64,000 nt of DNA from a bacterium (GTDB lineage Bacteria > Electryoneota > Electryoneia > Electryoneales > Electryoneaceae). Below the pieces are notes generated by a model that saw only the letters and a list, made by a program, of their open reading frames with translations, had not been told where the DNA came from and made no database searches. Below are positions 1 through 9,322 of this stretch, piece after piece. The position numbers and the translations under genes were made by a program. The DNA is taken from NCBI GenBank assembly GCA_963669175.1, contig OY769902.1:3264001-3328000 (forward strand), given 5' to 3'. The stretch's first letter is position 1; every line of letters starts with the position of its first letter.

Positions 1-42
1 CCGAAATGAGATCTGGCTTGAACAGTCTTGTGGGATACCGGC

Positions 43-2295
43 CTACCAATAGCGTTGATTCTTTGCAATCCAGTGAAGGATAGTATCTGTTTCGACATTG
101 CCATTCTTCATGGTCTCGATCCAGGCCAAAGCGTCCGCGTAGGAACTCTCGGCTGGTTGGATATGCACCTTGTATTCCCGGATACGATCCTGGGCGCTGA
201 TGGCATCCTTGATATTCATGGTTTCCACCAATACCATGATGCCTGCGCCGTTATCACGTGCATTGGTCAGAGTTCCATCATCAATAGAGGCAAAGTCACG
301 CCAGTTGCCGGTAAAGATGACACTGGAACCCGCTTCCTCCAGCAGGGGCGCCCAGTTTGCCATGTGACGCAAGGGGAGCTGGATGATTCCGTTATCCTGA
401 GCCATGAGTTCTATCAGACGCTTCCTTTCACTGGCCAGTGATCCTGAGCGAATCCATCGTTCATAGCTGTTCAGGATTGTCCAGCCCACACCCATCGCAC
501 GATAGGCTTCAATCATGGTTGTGTCGGAAGGGAGGAGACCGTCCGCGTTATACCCCAGGAATACAGATGCTTTCCTGTTGTAGGCATTGCTGTAAATGTC
601 GCCCTGCTTTGTAGCGACTTCCATCTTGGGATTGGCATCAATCGCATCCCGGTATTGATCCAGCATGGCAAGAAACCCGGGGAGGCCGCCGCGTTCAGGA
701 AGAGTCAGCACTGTGGCTACGAAGCCCTTGTCAAGCGAAAGCTTAACCAGTTCAAGGTCACGAACCACGCTATTGACAGAGGTTTTCCAGACGAGGGGAT
801 AGCCCTGGTGCCAGATCGTACGGGCTTCAAGGTTCTGGTCCGCCAACGGTGTTGGATAATTGCCAACATTTACCAGCCAGCTTGCAACCATTTTCAGTGT
901 ACCATCAATTGCAGGACGTTCTATATTCGCAAATACATCCTCGAACCTGTGGTAATAGTGATGTTCTCCACGGCTATATCCGGTAAATGCGGGAATGCCC
1001 AGATCTCTGAACGGGGCATGATCAGCACACATCCCACCCCATGCACGGCAACTCTCGATGCGATCACGTTCCGCTTCAGGCATGGCGTCATGCCATGGAT
1101 CCCAGACTTCAGCTATCTGATCGCCGCCACCCATGCCGGCAGTGCCGTCGCCGCGTCCAACCATGTCTAAATTGACCATGTTGACATAGGTGAAGTTATC
1201 CGGCATCATGGCAGCCAGGGCTTTGCTGCCAAGCAAGCCTTGCTCTTCACCATCGAAAACGACAAAGATCAGCGTTCTTTTCTGGGGATTCATGGCGAAT
1301 GAGCGTGCCAGTTCCATGATAACACAAGCGCCGGAGGCATTATCATCAGCGCCAATGTATATCTGCCCGTTGGCATTCAGGCCGCAATGATCACCATGTG
1401 CGCCGATTATTATCGCTTCCTGCTGCAAGTCTACATCAGTGCCACGTACAAAACCGACCACATTATACCCGACAGCATTGTCAACTCGTTTGACGCCAGC
1501 ATCAAACCGCATTACAGTGGTCAATTCTGTCGGATTCGGTCCTTCTTTCAATCCCTTTTTGTACTCTTCAAAAGTTGTTCCACTGCCACGGAATAGATGA
1601 TAAACGATCCGATCACCGACAAATGCACATGGGAAATCGGGTGAGTATCCTTCTTCAGCTATTGTTGCGCCGCCGATGGGGAAGGCCCGGTAATCCTTGA
1701 AAATAACAGCAACAGCTCCATGTTCTTTCGCTGTCTGGATAAGGGTAACCCGTTTCTTTTCTTCTTCCCAGTCTTCATTTCCGTTAGGGTTTCCACGCAT
1801 GATCATGACGATTTTACCGGTTACATCAACACCGGCATAATCGTCCCAACCTTTCTCCGGGCTGGAAACCCCATAGCCAACCAACGTGACCTGAGCCTCT
1901 ACTTTACCGGAACCGCTATTCACCAACAGAGTAAAATCATCACCAAGGAGAAATTCAACTTTTCCGAAGTAGTCGTTTGTGACAGTCATGTATGCTTTTT
2001 TCTCTTCTGTCGCGAGCATGTTGAAGGGGACCATCATATCGCGCAGAAGAAGAGGTTGGAGTCCCCATGCGGCAAACTTGCCGGATATCCAACTCATGGC
2101 TTTATGACCAGTCGCAACACCGCCTTTTCTGCCGGCGTAGAGATCAGGGTCGGCTAAATGCTCGAGATAAGACATTGCCGAGTCGGTTTCCGTTTCCGGA
2201 ATGTCCTGACCCCAAAGAGACGAAAAAGAGGTAAGGAGAAGGAAAAGACAAAAAAGGAAAAACTGAGTTCTGCGTAGAACTGATGCGGCTTTCAT
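43..2295 (-). CDS. Secreted M28-family aminopeptidase with PA domain and C-terminal degenerate dipeptidase-like domain (750 aa)
   Basis: Zn-ligand motifs GAHGDH, GADDNASG, DGEEQG, NLDM and a late His. PA insert 'VGYG...DDYAGVDVTGKIV'. Start moved to ATG 2295 (MKAASV, signal peptide) behind RBS AAGGAGA. Confidence 0.85.
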   Translation of the reverse strand: MKAASVLRRTQFFLFCLFLLLTSFSSLWGQDIPETETDSAMSYLEHLADPDLYAGRKGGVATGHKAMSWISGKFAAWGLQPLLLRDMMVPFNMLATEEKKAYMTVTNDYFGKVEFLLGDDFTLLVNSGSGKVEAQVTLVGYGVSSPEKGWDDYAGVDVTGKIVMIMRGNPNGNEDWEEEKKRVTLIQTAKEHGAVAVIFKDYRAFPIGGATIAEEGYSPDFPCAFVGDRIVYHLFRGSGTTFEEYKKGLKEGPNPTELTTVMRFDAGVKRVDNAVGYNVVGFVRGTDVDLQQEAIIIGAHGDHCGLNANGQIYIGADDNASGACVIMELARSFAMNPQKRTLIFVVFDGEEQGLLGSKALAAMMPDNFTYVNMVNLDMVGRGDGTAGMGGGDQIAEVWDPWHDAMPEAERDRIESCRAWGGMCADHAPFRDLGIPAFTGYSRGEHHYYHRFEDVFANIERPAIDGTLKMVASWLVNVGNYPTPLADQNLEARTIWHQGYPLVWKTSVNSVVRDLELVKLSLDKGFVATVLTLPERGGLPGFLAMLDQYRDAIDANPKMEVATKQGDIYSNAYNRKASVFLGYNADGLLPSDTTMIEAYRAMGVGWTILNSYERWIRSGSLASERKRLIELMAQDNGIIQLPLRHMANWAPLLEEAGSSVIFTGNWRDFASIDDGTLTNARDNGAGIMVLVETMNIKDAISAQDRIREYKVHIQPAESSYADALAWIETMKNGNVETDTILHWIAKNQRYW

Positions 2296-2422
2296 GGATC
2301 TCTCCTTGGCTGGAAGTAGACTGAAGAGTACAAAGATGAAAGCGAGTGTGCAAGTCTTTTCCCGTTGACTCGAGCGATTCATGCGCGTACTTTCTGCCTG
2401 TCCGATACAGAGGGTGTAGAAC

Positions 2423-2716
2423 ATGGCTGCAAAAGAGAAGGCTACAAGCAAACAATCAAGGAAAGTTGCGCCGGATGCTCCAAAGGGAGATCGGTTCAAT
2501 TGGCCGTTTGGATTGTACAACCTGAGTATCATACTTTTCGGCGTCATCGTTCTGCTGCTGGGCTACTACCTGATGGCGCAGGGACCGCATGACAGTTTTT
2601 CATCCTTGACATTGTCACCGTTGTTGCTGATGTTCGGCTACCTGGTTGTCTTCCCGGTTGGCATCCTGTACCGGAAGAAAGGCGCCCAGAAGCAAGAGAC
2701 GGCACAGGAGTTGTAA
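2423..2716 (+). CDS. DUF3098-like small two-TM membrane protein
   Basis: 97 aa, two hydrophobic helices with 'N..ILFG..VLLLGYYLM...SLTLSPLLL..GY' pattern; divergent from the M28 gene. Confidence 0.75.
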   Translation: MAAKEKATSKQSRKVAPDAPKGDRFNWPFGLYNLSIILFGVIVLLLGYYLMAQGPHDSFSSLTLSPLLLMFGYLVVFPVGILYRKKGAQKQETAQEL

Positions 2717-2721
2717 TATTT

Positions 2722-2795
2722 GGGCGATTAGCTCAGTTGGTTAGAGCGCTGCCCTTACAAGGCAGAGGCCACTGGTTCGACTCCAGTATCGCCCA
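2722..2795 (+). tRNA. tRNA-Val (anticodon TAC)
   Basis: Cloverleaf GGGCGAT...ATCGCCC-A, anticodon stem CTGCC/GGCAG with loop CTTACAA, T-loop GGTTCGACTCC; CCA not encoded. Confidence 0.96.
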
Positions 2796-2802
2796 CAGCT
2801 GG

Positions 2803-2849
2803 AAAAGGCTTAAATACTGCATGTTACGTGTGGTTTTAAGCCTTTTTTT
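2803..2849 (+). terminator. Intrinsic terminator after tRNA-Val
   Basis: AAAAGGCTTAAA...TTTAAGCCTTTT inverted repeat followed by a T-run. Confidence 0.65.
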
Positions 2850-2989
2850 ATTTGTGGATGATTTAAGTTCCCCTACAGTACTCCTCGCACTTCGCAAAAA
2901 AAGGCCGGGTGGCCCGATTTTGCCCTGTGATAAAGTTAGTATTCTTGTCATTCTTGATCTTGAAGCAGGAGTTTCATGCATAGCAGAAG

Positions 2990-3297
2990 TATAGCTACTC
3001 TTGAGAATAAACCGTCATGATAGTATCCAACGATCGATCTATAGGTGATATAGAAAGAGGATATGGAAAAAGGGGACAGTTTCCTTTCCCTGGAATCAAG
3101 TGGTCCCGATGTGTATATGGTTCGGGAAAGGTGGTTGTACCCTTTTTCTTGCGAACAGGCAGGAATCACACGGAAAAGGGGACATTTTCCTTTTCCATGA
3201 ATGCTGAAAGAGTATTCTGTATGAGTACGAGGAAAAGGATCCCGTCCCCTTTTCCCGGCAATCTCATTATGACGGAATAAAATCGAGAACAGTTATA
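2990..3297. mobile_element. MITE-like element (copy L) containing four REP-like palindromes
   Basis: Imperfect ~30-bp terminal inverted repeats TATAGCTACTCTTGAGAATAAACCGTCA / TGACGGAATAAAATCGAGAACAGTTATA. Internal units GGAAAAGGGGAC-N5-CCTTTTCC at 3065, 3125, 3172 and 3231 in alternating orientation. Inverted homologue at 5467-5688. Confidence 0.65.
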
Positions 3298-3337
3298 AAT
3301 GAGCAAAGTCGGGATTGTGACCTGGCCATGCAGTTTC

Positions 3338-5368
3338 TCACGAGTTGTTTGCGGAATCTGTCTCTTTTATGTCAGTACGATTATCCAAATCCAGCATCTT
3401 GATTCCTGCCGCGTAATCTTTTGCCTCGATATGTTCAATTTTCAGGAGTTTATCGACCAGTTCCTTCATTCGTTTGACCTGTTTCGGGATATGGTCAAAC
3501 ATCCACTGCGTGGCCTCTTCCTGCGAGACATTGTTCATGCGGGCTAAATCGACGGCGCCCTGGATAATCGCCATCGGGTTGTTAAATTCATGGGCAACAG
3601 TGGTGGCGAGTTGCGTGGCAATTTCCAGTTGACGCGCCTGAAGCAGTTGCTCTTCCAGTGCGCGTTGTTTGGTGATGTCCTTGGCTAATCCACGCAGACC
3701 GTTGATCTTTCCATTCATCCCACGCATGGCGACAGCATGCAGCCTGAAGATTTTGCTTTCACCTGATGGCAATTGGCATTCGATATCCAGGTTATCCAAA
3801 GAATCACCTGTCTGTAAGACATTCTGGAACGATGTTTTCACATGGGCCCAGTTTTCCGTTGTCATGATTCTACTGAAATCACTTCCCTGTAATGCGTTCG
3901 TGTCATACCCGGTCAACTCCGTCACATTGCCTGAGAGAAAAGAGAAGGTAAATTCGCTGTCTGTTTCCCAGATGAGATCGGCAGAACTCATGGCTACATC
4001 TTTAAATCGCTGCTCTGATATTATTCGGGCGTGCATCGCATTTTCAAGCTGTTTGTAAAGGCCTGCAAGCTGCCTGTGACGTTCTTCTGTTTCCCGGTGG
4101 GCACGTACTTTTGCTCGATACCTGTAGACAAGCAGGAGAGAAACCAGTGCGATAATGATCACACCACCGAAGATCGAAAACCACATCAGTTGTTCCCGGT
4201 ATTGAAGAATGGCCAGTTCCTTTTCCATTTCTTCGGACCGATAGCGCATCTGAAGTTCCTGGAACTGAAGATTCTTCTGATACGAGAAAAGTGAATCATG
4301 AATCGTTTCGTATTGGACCAGGTAATCCAATGCCTGTCTGTATTCGCCAATACCTTCATGTACTTCAGACCAGGTCAGGTACAACTCCTGCAGCACATCA
4401 GCCGGGACATTGAATGATTTTGCGATTTCTTTGGCATCGTTCATTGTCGTTTTAGCATCAGTCAGACGATTCATTTCCAGATAAAGATCCGTAAGATTAT
4501 TTAAATTCAACAGGATATCTCTTTTCTGCCCACTGCCCTTTATCAGTTCCAGGTGTTTATCGAAATACTCAAGGGCTTTTTCATATTCACCTGTCATGTG
4601 AAAGAGGATTCCAATATCGTGTAAAACAAAAGCCTCGTCATATTTGTTCGCTGTTTTCATCGCCAGTTTAAGGGCGACCTGGTGGTATTCGATAGATTTC
4701 TCGTAGTTCTCCAGATACAGGTACAGGTTGCCGATTTCGTTGTTGGAAACGACCAGTCGGGACGTATCTGTCAGCTCGTCCGCCATTAAAATCACACGTT
4801 GATACAGGTCCATCGCTTCATAATAGCTGCCGGTGACTCTATAGGTATAGCCCAAACCAGTCAGCGATGCTGCGATCAGGTTTGCATCCCCAGCCTGTTC
4901 GGCAAAGTTCAACGCACGAATAAAATGAGTTTGCGCCGCATTGTTATCCGAAAACGACAACAGGTACTGAAATCCCATCTTCAGGTTGCATTGGCTGGCC
5001 AGCTTTTTCCTCTCAACTGTGGGGCGTTGATCCAACAGCATGTTCAACCACTCATTGGCTTTTCGATAATGACGCATTGCGAGTATGCTTGAATCCTGCT
5101 TTGCCAGCGCCATGCCAAGTGCAAGCTGAGCATGGGCCATGTTCTCGAGGTCATCCGTATCTTTTGCAGTTTCAAATGCCGCTTGTGCCAGTTCTTCAGA
5201 AAGAGAAGGATTAGCGTTCAGGCTTGAATTGGCTAATTCAAGGAGTGAAGTGCAACGTGCAGAAGGGGAGAGGGGGGCGACTTGCTGAAGTATTGAGTCC
5301 GGCAGTTGAGAAGCGGAAAGATATACAGGTGCTAATAACAAAAGAAAGATCAAGCATTTGCGCCTCAT
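3338..5368 (-). CDS. Membrane sensor: signal peptide, TPR repeats, TM, PAS, HisKA/DHp; no HATPase domain
   Basis: TPR pattern (GLGYTYRVTGSYYEA, IGNLYLYLENYEKS), TM 'WFSIFGGVIIIALVSLLLVY', PAS 'DLIWETD...GLAKDIT', H-box 'TVAHEFNNP'. Ends ~85 aa later with no N/G1/F/G2 boxes. Confidence 0.85.
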   Translation of the reverse strand: MRRKCLIFLLLLAPVYLSASQLPDSILQQVAPLSPSARCTSLLELANSSLNANPSLSEELAQAAFETAKDTDDLENMAHAQLALGMALAKQDSSILAMRHYRKANEWLNMLLDQRPTVERKKLASQCNLKMGFQYLLSFSDNNAAQTHFIRALNFAEQAGDANLIAASLTGLGYTYRVTGSYYEAMDLYQRVILMADELTDTSRLVVSNNEIGNLYLYLENYEKSIEYHQVALKLAMKTANKYDEAFVLHDIGILFHMTGEYEKALEYFDKHLELIKGSGQKRDILLNLNNLTDLYLEMNRLTDAKTTMNDAKEIAKSFNVPADVLQELYLTWSEVHEGIGEYRQALDYLVQYETIHDSLFSYQKNLQFQELQMRYRSEEMEKELAILQYREQLMWFSIFGGVIIIALVSLLLVYRYRAKVRAHRETEERHRQLAGLYKQLENAMHARIISEQRFKDVAMSSADLIWETDSEFTFSFLSGNVTELTGYDTNALQGSDFSRIMTTENWAHVKTSFQNVLQTGDSLDNLDIECQLPSGESKIFRLHAVAMRGMNGKINGLRGLAKDITKQRALEEQLLQARQLEIATQLATTVAHEFNNPMAIIQGAVDLARMNNVSQEEATQWMFDHIPKQVKRMKELVDKLLKIEHIEAKDYAAGIKMLDLDNRTDIKETDSANNS

Positions 5369-5466
5369 TGAACCCCCAGATGGTTTGTGTGAAGCATGCA
5401 GTACAAAATGCGAAACTTTCGTCCATTTCCAAAGAGCTGCCAGTATAATTCCGAAATGATTGCATA

Positions 5467-5688
5467 TATAACTGTTCTCGATTTTATTCCGTCAAAATGG
5501 AAATTGCCGAGAAAAGGGGACGGGATCCTTTTCCTCCCGCTTATACAGACTATTTCTGAAGTATCCCTGGAAAAGGAAACTGTACCCTTTTTCCATTGCC
5601 TTTATTCCAACTATATAACTGATCTTTCACTGATATGCTACATTGCCATATGACGGATTAATACGGATTAATAATGGGAATGGCTATA
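5467..5688. mobile_element. MITE-like element (copy R) containing two REP-like palindromes
   Basis: 5467-5536 is a near-perfect inverted copy of 3229-3297. REP units at 5510 and 5569. Outer end ...GGCTATA, with a 10-bp tandem duplication ACGGATTAAT at 5653-5672. Confidence 0.65.
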
Positions 5689-5720
5689 GAAAACCCGGAC
5701 CATCGAATGATGATCCGGGT
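5689..5720 (-). terminator. Intrinsic terminator of the Omp28-domain gene
   Basis: ACCCGGATCAT...ATGGTCCGGGT followed by TTTC on the minus strand. Confidence 0.6.
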
Positions 5721-5742
5721 GAAGTATCACGTTTAGAATCTG

Positions 5743-7776
5743 CTATTTCAACAGCATGGTTCGCATGATGCGAGAGGAACTTCCTTGCTGCAAACGGACC
5801 AGGTACATTCCGCTGGGCATGTCGGTAGCGTTCCAGGTGATGCTGTGATATCCGGCCTGCAATTGTCCCTGGTGAAGCAACGCGACACGTTGTCCGAGAA
5901 CATTGAAGACTTCCAGAGTAGCCTGGCTGGAAACAGGGACAGTAAAATCAATTGTTAGATCCGGATTGAACGGATTCGGATAGCCATTGAGCGTCATGCT
6001 GACTGGAAGAGTTTTTTCGGGTTTAATCTCATCAGCATCGGACCAGTTGCCATTCACCCAATCCAGCAATCCTGCCAGGAGTTCATGACGCTTGGTCGTA
6101 CCGCCGCCACCTGAAACGGCTTCAACCGGGAAACCAAGATAGATGGCGCTGTAGGAGTCTGTTTCATGCCCGACCCCGGCGATATCTTGTACGCCGAGAT
6201 AGGTAAACAGGGAAATACCTTCTTCACCTGCTGTCATGGTACTGGGGGAAACACTGTTTGACGCGCCTCCAGCGCCAACAAGCAGAAGCTGTCCTGCAAA
6301 GCCGCCGGTGTAAACGCCTTCAAGCCCCATCGCCGATTGACCTTCCATTGCATCCAGGGCATGCGTAGCAGCAAAATACTGCTGGAACCAGGTTTCACTT
6401 CCGACAACCTCGCCCGCGTATTGCGAAGTGAGGATCAGCTTTCCGCCGGCATCGAGGAAATTCTGGATAGCCTGGGCTTCATCAGCAGTGATCACTGTTG
6501 TCGGATCACTGTCAATCCCGGTTGTCCAGATCACGGTCGAGTACTGATCCAGCGCGAGAGGAATGTTTATATCCGGACCGACATCTGCAATAAAGCCGAG
6601 GGAGTCAAACATGGCTTGCCAGTCATCGGAATAATCCGTAGTGTCGCCAATATCATTCACCAAACGAATATCCGGTACACCAATCAAAACTTCGAAGGCA
6701 ATCTCCCACGCATGATCAGCGTTGTCAGTCGCACTGACTGTAAAGGTAACGTATTTTGGGACATAGTCTTCAGGAATAACAACGCCAAACTCTGTGCCTG
6801 CGTTGCTTCCCGTATCACCGGGCTGCAAATCCGGCCACGAGGCGACATTTTCTGTCAGAGACAATTCCGGATCATCACAGGAAAGTGTGCCTGTGATACC
6901 AGATGCCGGCTGATATTGTTCAAGATCACGAAGTGTGATCACCATGTCTACGTTTTCGCCAGCGTCCGGACGTCCATTGGGACGAAGATCATCTTCATCA
7001 AGGAATTCGACACTATCATACACCAGCATGGGCACATTGATATCAATGGCTGCATTTGTTGACTGCAAAACTTCGCTGGTCCCATTCTGCTGCACAAAAG
7101 CCACAACAGTGATGTTGGTGATGTCCCAATCATCGTTCATCGGGAATGTGGCTTCGTAGTCGTTGGTGGTATTGGCAGAAATCTCGAACGTCTGACCGTT
7201 GCCATTAGGCTCCATGTCAACCATGGGGTAATGGAACGCGGTCATGCCGTTAGGGGCGGGACTGTTCCAGAGGACATAGGTCTCGCACAAAACCAGGTGA
7301 AGTTTTGCGGAGGCAATGCCTTCATCGGAAGTAACAGCCAGCTCGACATTGATATCAGTACCATCATACCAGGCCGCTAAATCCATGTCCAGCGATGATT
7401 CAATTACGGCGCGCTGGCTAATGGCATTCGCAATAGCTGATTCGTCATGGGTGTTCGGACCCAGGACACCGTCAATGAAAATATCCGGTACTGAGTTAAC
7501 CGAATAGTAAGAACGTCTGCTGAAGTTCTCGTCCGGATTGGCGGCATACCAGGGATCATTACCCGGAGTAGGCCAGTTCATGTGGTAAACGATGACTGAA
7601 AGCTCTTCTGTGGTGTAGTCATCTTCAATCATCGGCCCAAGGATGGCCCAGGAACCAGCGCAGGGAGAACAGGTTGTTGAGGTGAAATCCTCAAGCAAAA
7701 CAGTCCGCGGATATCCCCACGCCATCGTGGCAATGAGTAAAATGAGAAGAGCCAACATGCTACGCAATCTGTACAT
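5743..7776 (-). CDS. Omp28-domain (thioredoxin-like CxxC) secreted protein with T9SS C-terminal domain
   Basis: Signal peptide; 'RTVLLEDFTSTTCSPC', 'YH..WP...DP', 'VAFVQ...EVLQ' (Omp28 pattern); C-terminal 'YPNPFNP...VFNVLGQ...PSGMYLVRL'. Confidence 0.8.
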   Translation of the reverse strand: MYRLRSMLALLILLIATMAWGYPRTVLLEDFTSTTCSPCAGSWAILGPMIEDDYTTEELSVIVYHMNWPTPGNDPWYAANPDENFSRRSYYSVNSVPDIFIDGVLGPNTHDESAIANAISQRAVIESSLDMDLAAWYDGTDINVELAVTSDEGIASAKLHLVLCETYVLWNSPAPNGMTAFHYPMVDMEPNGNGQTFEISANTTNDYEATFPMNDDWDITNITVVAFVQQNGTSEVLQSTNAAIDINVPMLVYDSVEFLDEDDLRPNGRPDAGENVDMVITLRDLEQYQPASGITGTLSCDDPELSLTENVASWPDLQPGDTGSNAGTEFGVVIPEDYVPKYVTFTVSATDNADHAWEIAFEVLIGVPDIRLVNDIGDTTDYSDDWQAMFDSLGFIADVGPDINIPLALDQYSTVIWTTGIDSDPTTVITADEAQAIQNFLDAGGKLILTSQYAGEVVGSETWFQQYFAATHALDAMEGQSAMGLEGVYTGGFAGQLLLVGAGGASNSVSPSTMTAGEEGISLFTYLGVQDIAGVGHETDSYSAIYLGFPVEAVSGGGGTTKRHELLAGLLDWVNGNWSDADEIKPEKTLPVSMTLNGYPNPFNPDLTIDFTVPVSSQATLEVFNVLGQRVALLHQGQLQAGYHSITWNATDMPSGMYLVRLQQGSSSRIMRTMLLK

Positions 7777-7950
7777 CGGAATGCCTCCGTCAGTTTATAC
7801 AAAATCGTGCTACACAATAATAAGCCAAGTTGTGTAGCACTGCAATAAACCGACAGCAATCCTTTACAGCATTCTCTACTGCGAGATCGTTAATTGTGGC
7901 CAATTATTCGATTGCTGATCCAGATTGCGAGGCGCTCAGCAATCAAGCCA

Positions 7951-8325
7951 TCAGGCATTTCTACGCTGATGTTCGTGTACTGATCTTTTCATCGTTGGTT
8001 TCGCTGAAGGGGGTATTTCACCGGCATAGACCTTCCTGACCGCATCCTGCACGGTTTCGCCCCTTACGATGTAGACAGGCCATCCGGATTCATGAATATC
8101 CTGGAAAGCATGGGGACCGACATTCCCGGCGATGACACCGCGCAAAGAATCACGGAGTTCAAACACTCTGTTTAAACCATGGCCTTCCATCTGTTCTACA
8201 TCACCAGCCATCGCTTCAATAACCAGGTTTTCCGGGTTGATCAGCAGGTGATAAGCCGCCTGGCCAAATCGTTTGCTGATCTTCGAATCAAGCGTTTTAC
8301 CGTCAGCGGCAACAAGGTATAACAT
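7951..8325 (-). CDS. NifB/NifX-family (iron-molybdenum cofactor-binding-like) protein
   Basis: 'LDSKISKRFGQA', 'VIAGNVGPHAF', 'TVQDAV' pattern; RBS GAGGAG. Confidence 0.75.
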   Translation of the reverse strand: MLYLVAADGKTLDSKISKRFGQAAYHLLINPENLVIEAMAGDVEQMEGHGLNRVFELRDSLRGVIAGNVGPHAFQDIHESGWPVYIVRGETVQDAVRKVYAGEIPPSAKPTMKRSVHEHQRRNA

Positions 8326-8483
8326 GGCAATCTCCTCTGAAAAACACTTGTGCGTTTATAGCATATGCTATAAACTAGCGGGCAAGAGAGGGTTAGTCAA
8401 GCCAAAGAGAGGCCTGCTGTGTAGAGAGAAGCATAGGAGAGGAACAATGCTAAGGAATGGTAAAGTTTTTGATATTTAGTTGT

Positions 8484-9305
8484 TTAGTCGGCGTTCTTGA
8501 CAAGTGCGTAAATGTTTGTCGCAAGGACTTCCGGGATAAGCGGGAGTTTGCCAAGAGCTTTTAGTTCTATTGTTGGCCAGCCGAACTTGACCCGGTAGCT
8601 GGGATTCAGCATAAACAGCTTGTGCTTGTCCAATATCATGTCATGCCGTTTCAGCAATTTGTGGAATTGTCGTAGGGTAATCTGTGCATCGTAGGTTTCC
8701 ATCAGCCCTTGATAGACTTTCGGGCGGTCCATCTCGGACCAGAGAATGAACCGTGAGTACTGGCGTCTGGGCAGCCAGTGCAGGAAAGGGACATATCGCA
8801 GGAAAGTCTGCATCGCCTGTTGATGACCACCAAAGGCGAAGTACCAGGGAGGGAAATCGAAGAATACGGCGCCACCCGGCGCTAACAGGCGTTTCAGGTT
8901 ACGCATGGCGACTTCTTTGTCAAGGAGGTGTTCCAGTACATCTCGGACCAGGATCAAGTCCCATTGGCCGGTCCCGATCTCCTGCAGGATATCCTCGGTG
9001 CAGAAATCGCCAAAAATGATAGGGAAATCTTTGGTAAAGAACTGACGGTTATTTTCTACTCGTTGACGGTCAAGTTCGACACCTGCCACGTTTGCGTCGG
9101 CGTCAGCGAAAGCATGGATAATTCCACCGTTACCCATGCCGATTTCAAGTACTCGTTTATCCTTGATCGGGATATTCCACTGGGCAAATTGTGGAAACAG
9201 AATTTCCTTTGCAACGCGGGTCTGGTATTCCCAGTAGGCGGCATGGTTACCATGTAACCGTGTCATCCCTTTTCCCAAAATTTTTGCGAACATGTATGGT
9301 TCCAT
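8484..9305 (-). CDS. Class I SAM-dependent methyltransferase
   Basis: Motif I 'VLEIGMGNG', 'RDVLEHL', 'FPPW..AFGGHQQ'. Confidence 0.85.
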   Translation of the reverse strand: MEPYMFAKILGKGMTRLHGNHAAYWEYQTRVAKEILFPQFAQWNIPIKDKRVLEIGMGNGGIIHAFADADANVAGVELDRQRVENNRQFFTKDFPIIFGDFCTEDILQEIGTGQWDLILVRDVLEHLLDKEVAMRNLKRLLAPGGAVFFDFPPWYFAFGGHQQAMQTFLRYVPFLHWLPRRQYSRFILWSEMDRPKVYQGLMETYDAQITLRQFHKLLKRHDMILDKHKLFMLNPSYRVKFGWPTIELKALGKLPLIPEVLATNIYALVKNAD

Positions 9306-9322
9306 GTAGTAATGGTTGAATC

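Noticed and set aside
2296-2547. N-terminal extension of the 834-aa ORF (and similar extensions of polA, purD, dNK, 11974, 14816)
   Set aside because: Extensions overlap neighbouring genes or intergenic DNA; downstream starts have RBS, signal peptides or family-typical N-termini.
2890-2932. c-di-GMP-I riboswitch on the minus strand (CACAGGGCAAA...CCGGCCU)
   Set aside because: Lacks the GAAA tetraloop stem and GACGCAAAGC core; better explained as a short GGCC hairpin with U-tract.
3065-3255. CRISPR array (25-bp palindromes with ~23-35-bp gaps)
   Set aside because: Units alternate in orientation and differ in sequence; no cas genes; fits REP doublets.
2733-3280. Short ORFs over tRNA-Val and the MITE (also 22412-22671 over tRNA-Pro)
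   Set aside because: They overlap RNA genes or repeats and have no protein features.
3298-3340. Sensor kinase as a pseudogene truncated by the MITE
   Set aside because: The stop precedes the repeat and the C-terminal motif is shared with the protein at 60183-60956.
7951-8325. Nitrogen fixation
   Set aside because: A lone NifB/NifX-family domain is common in non-diazotrophs; no nif genes in the window.
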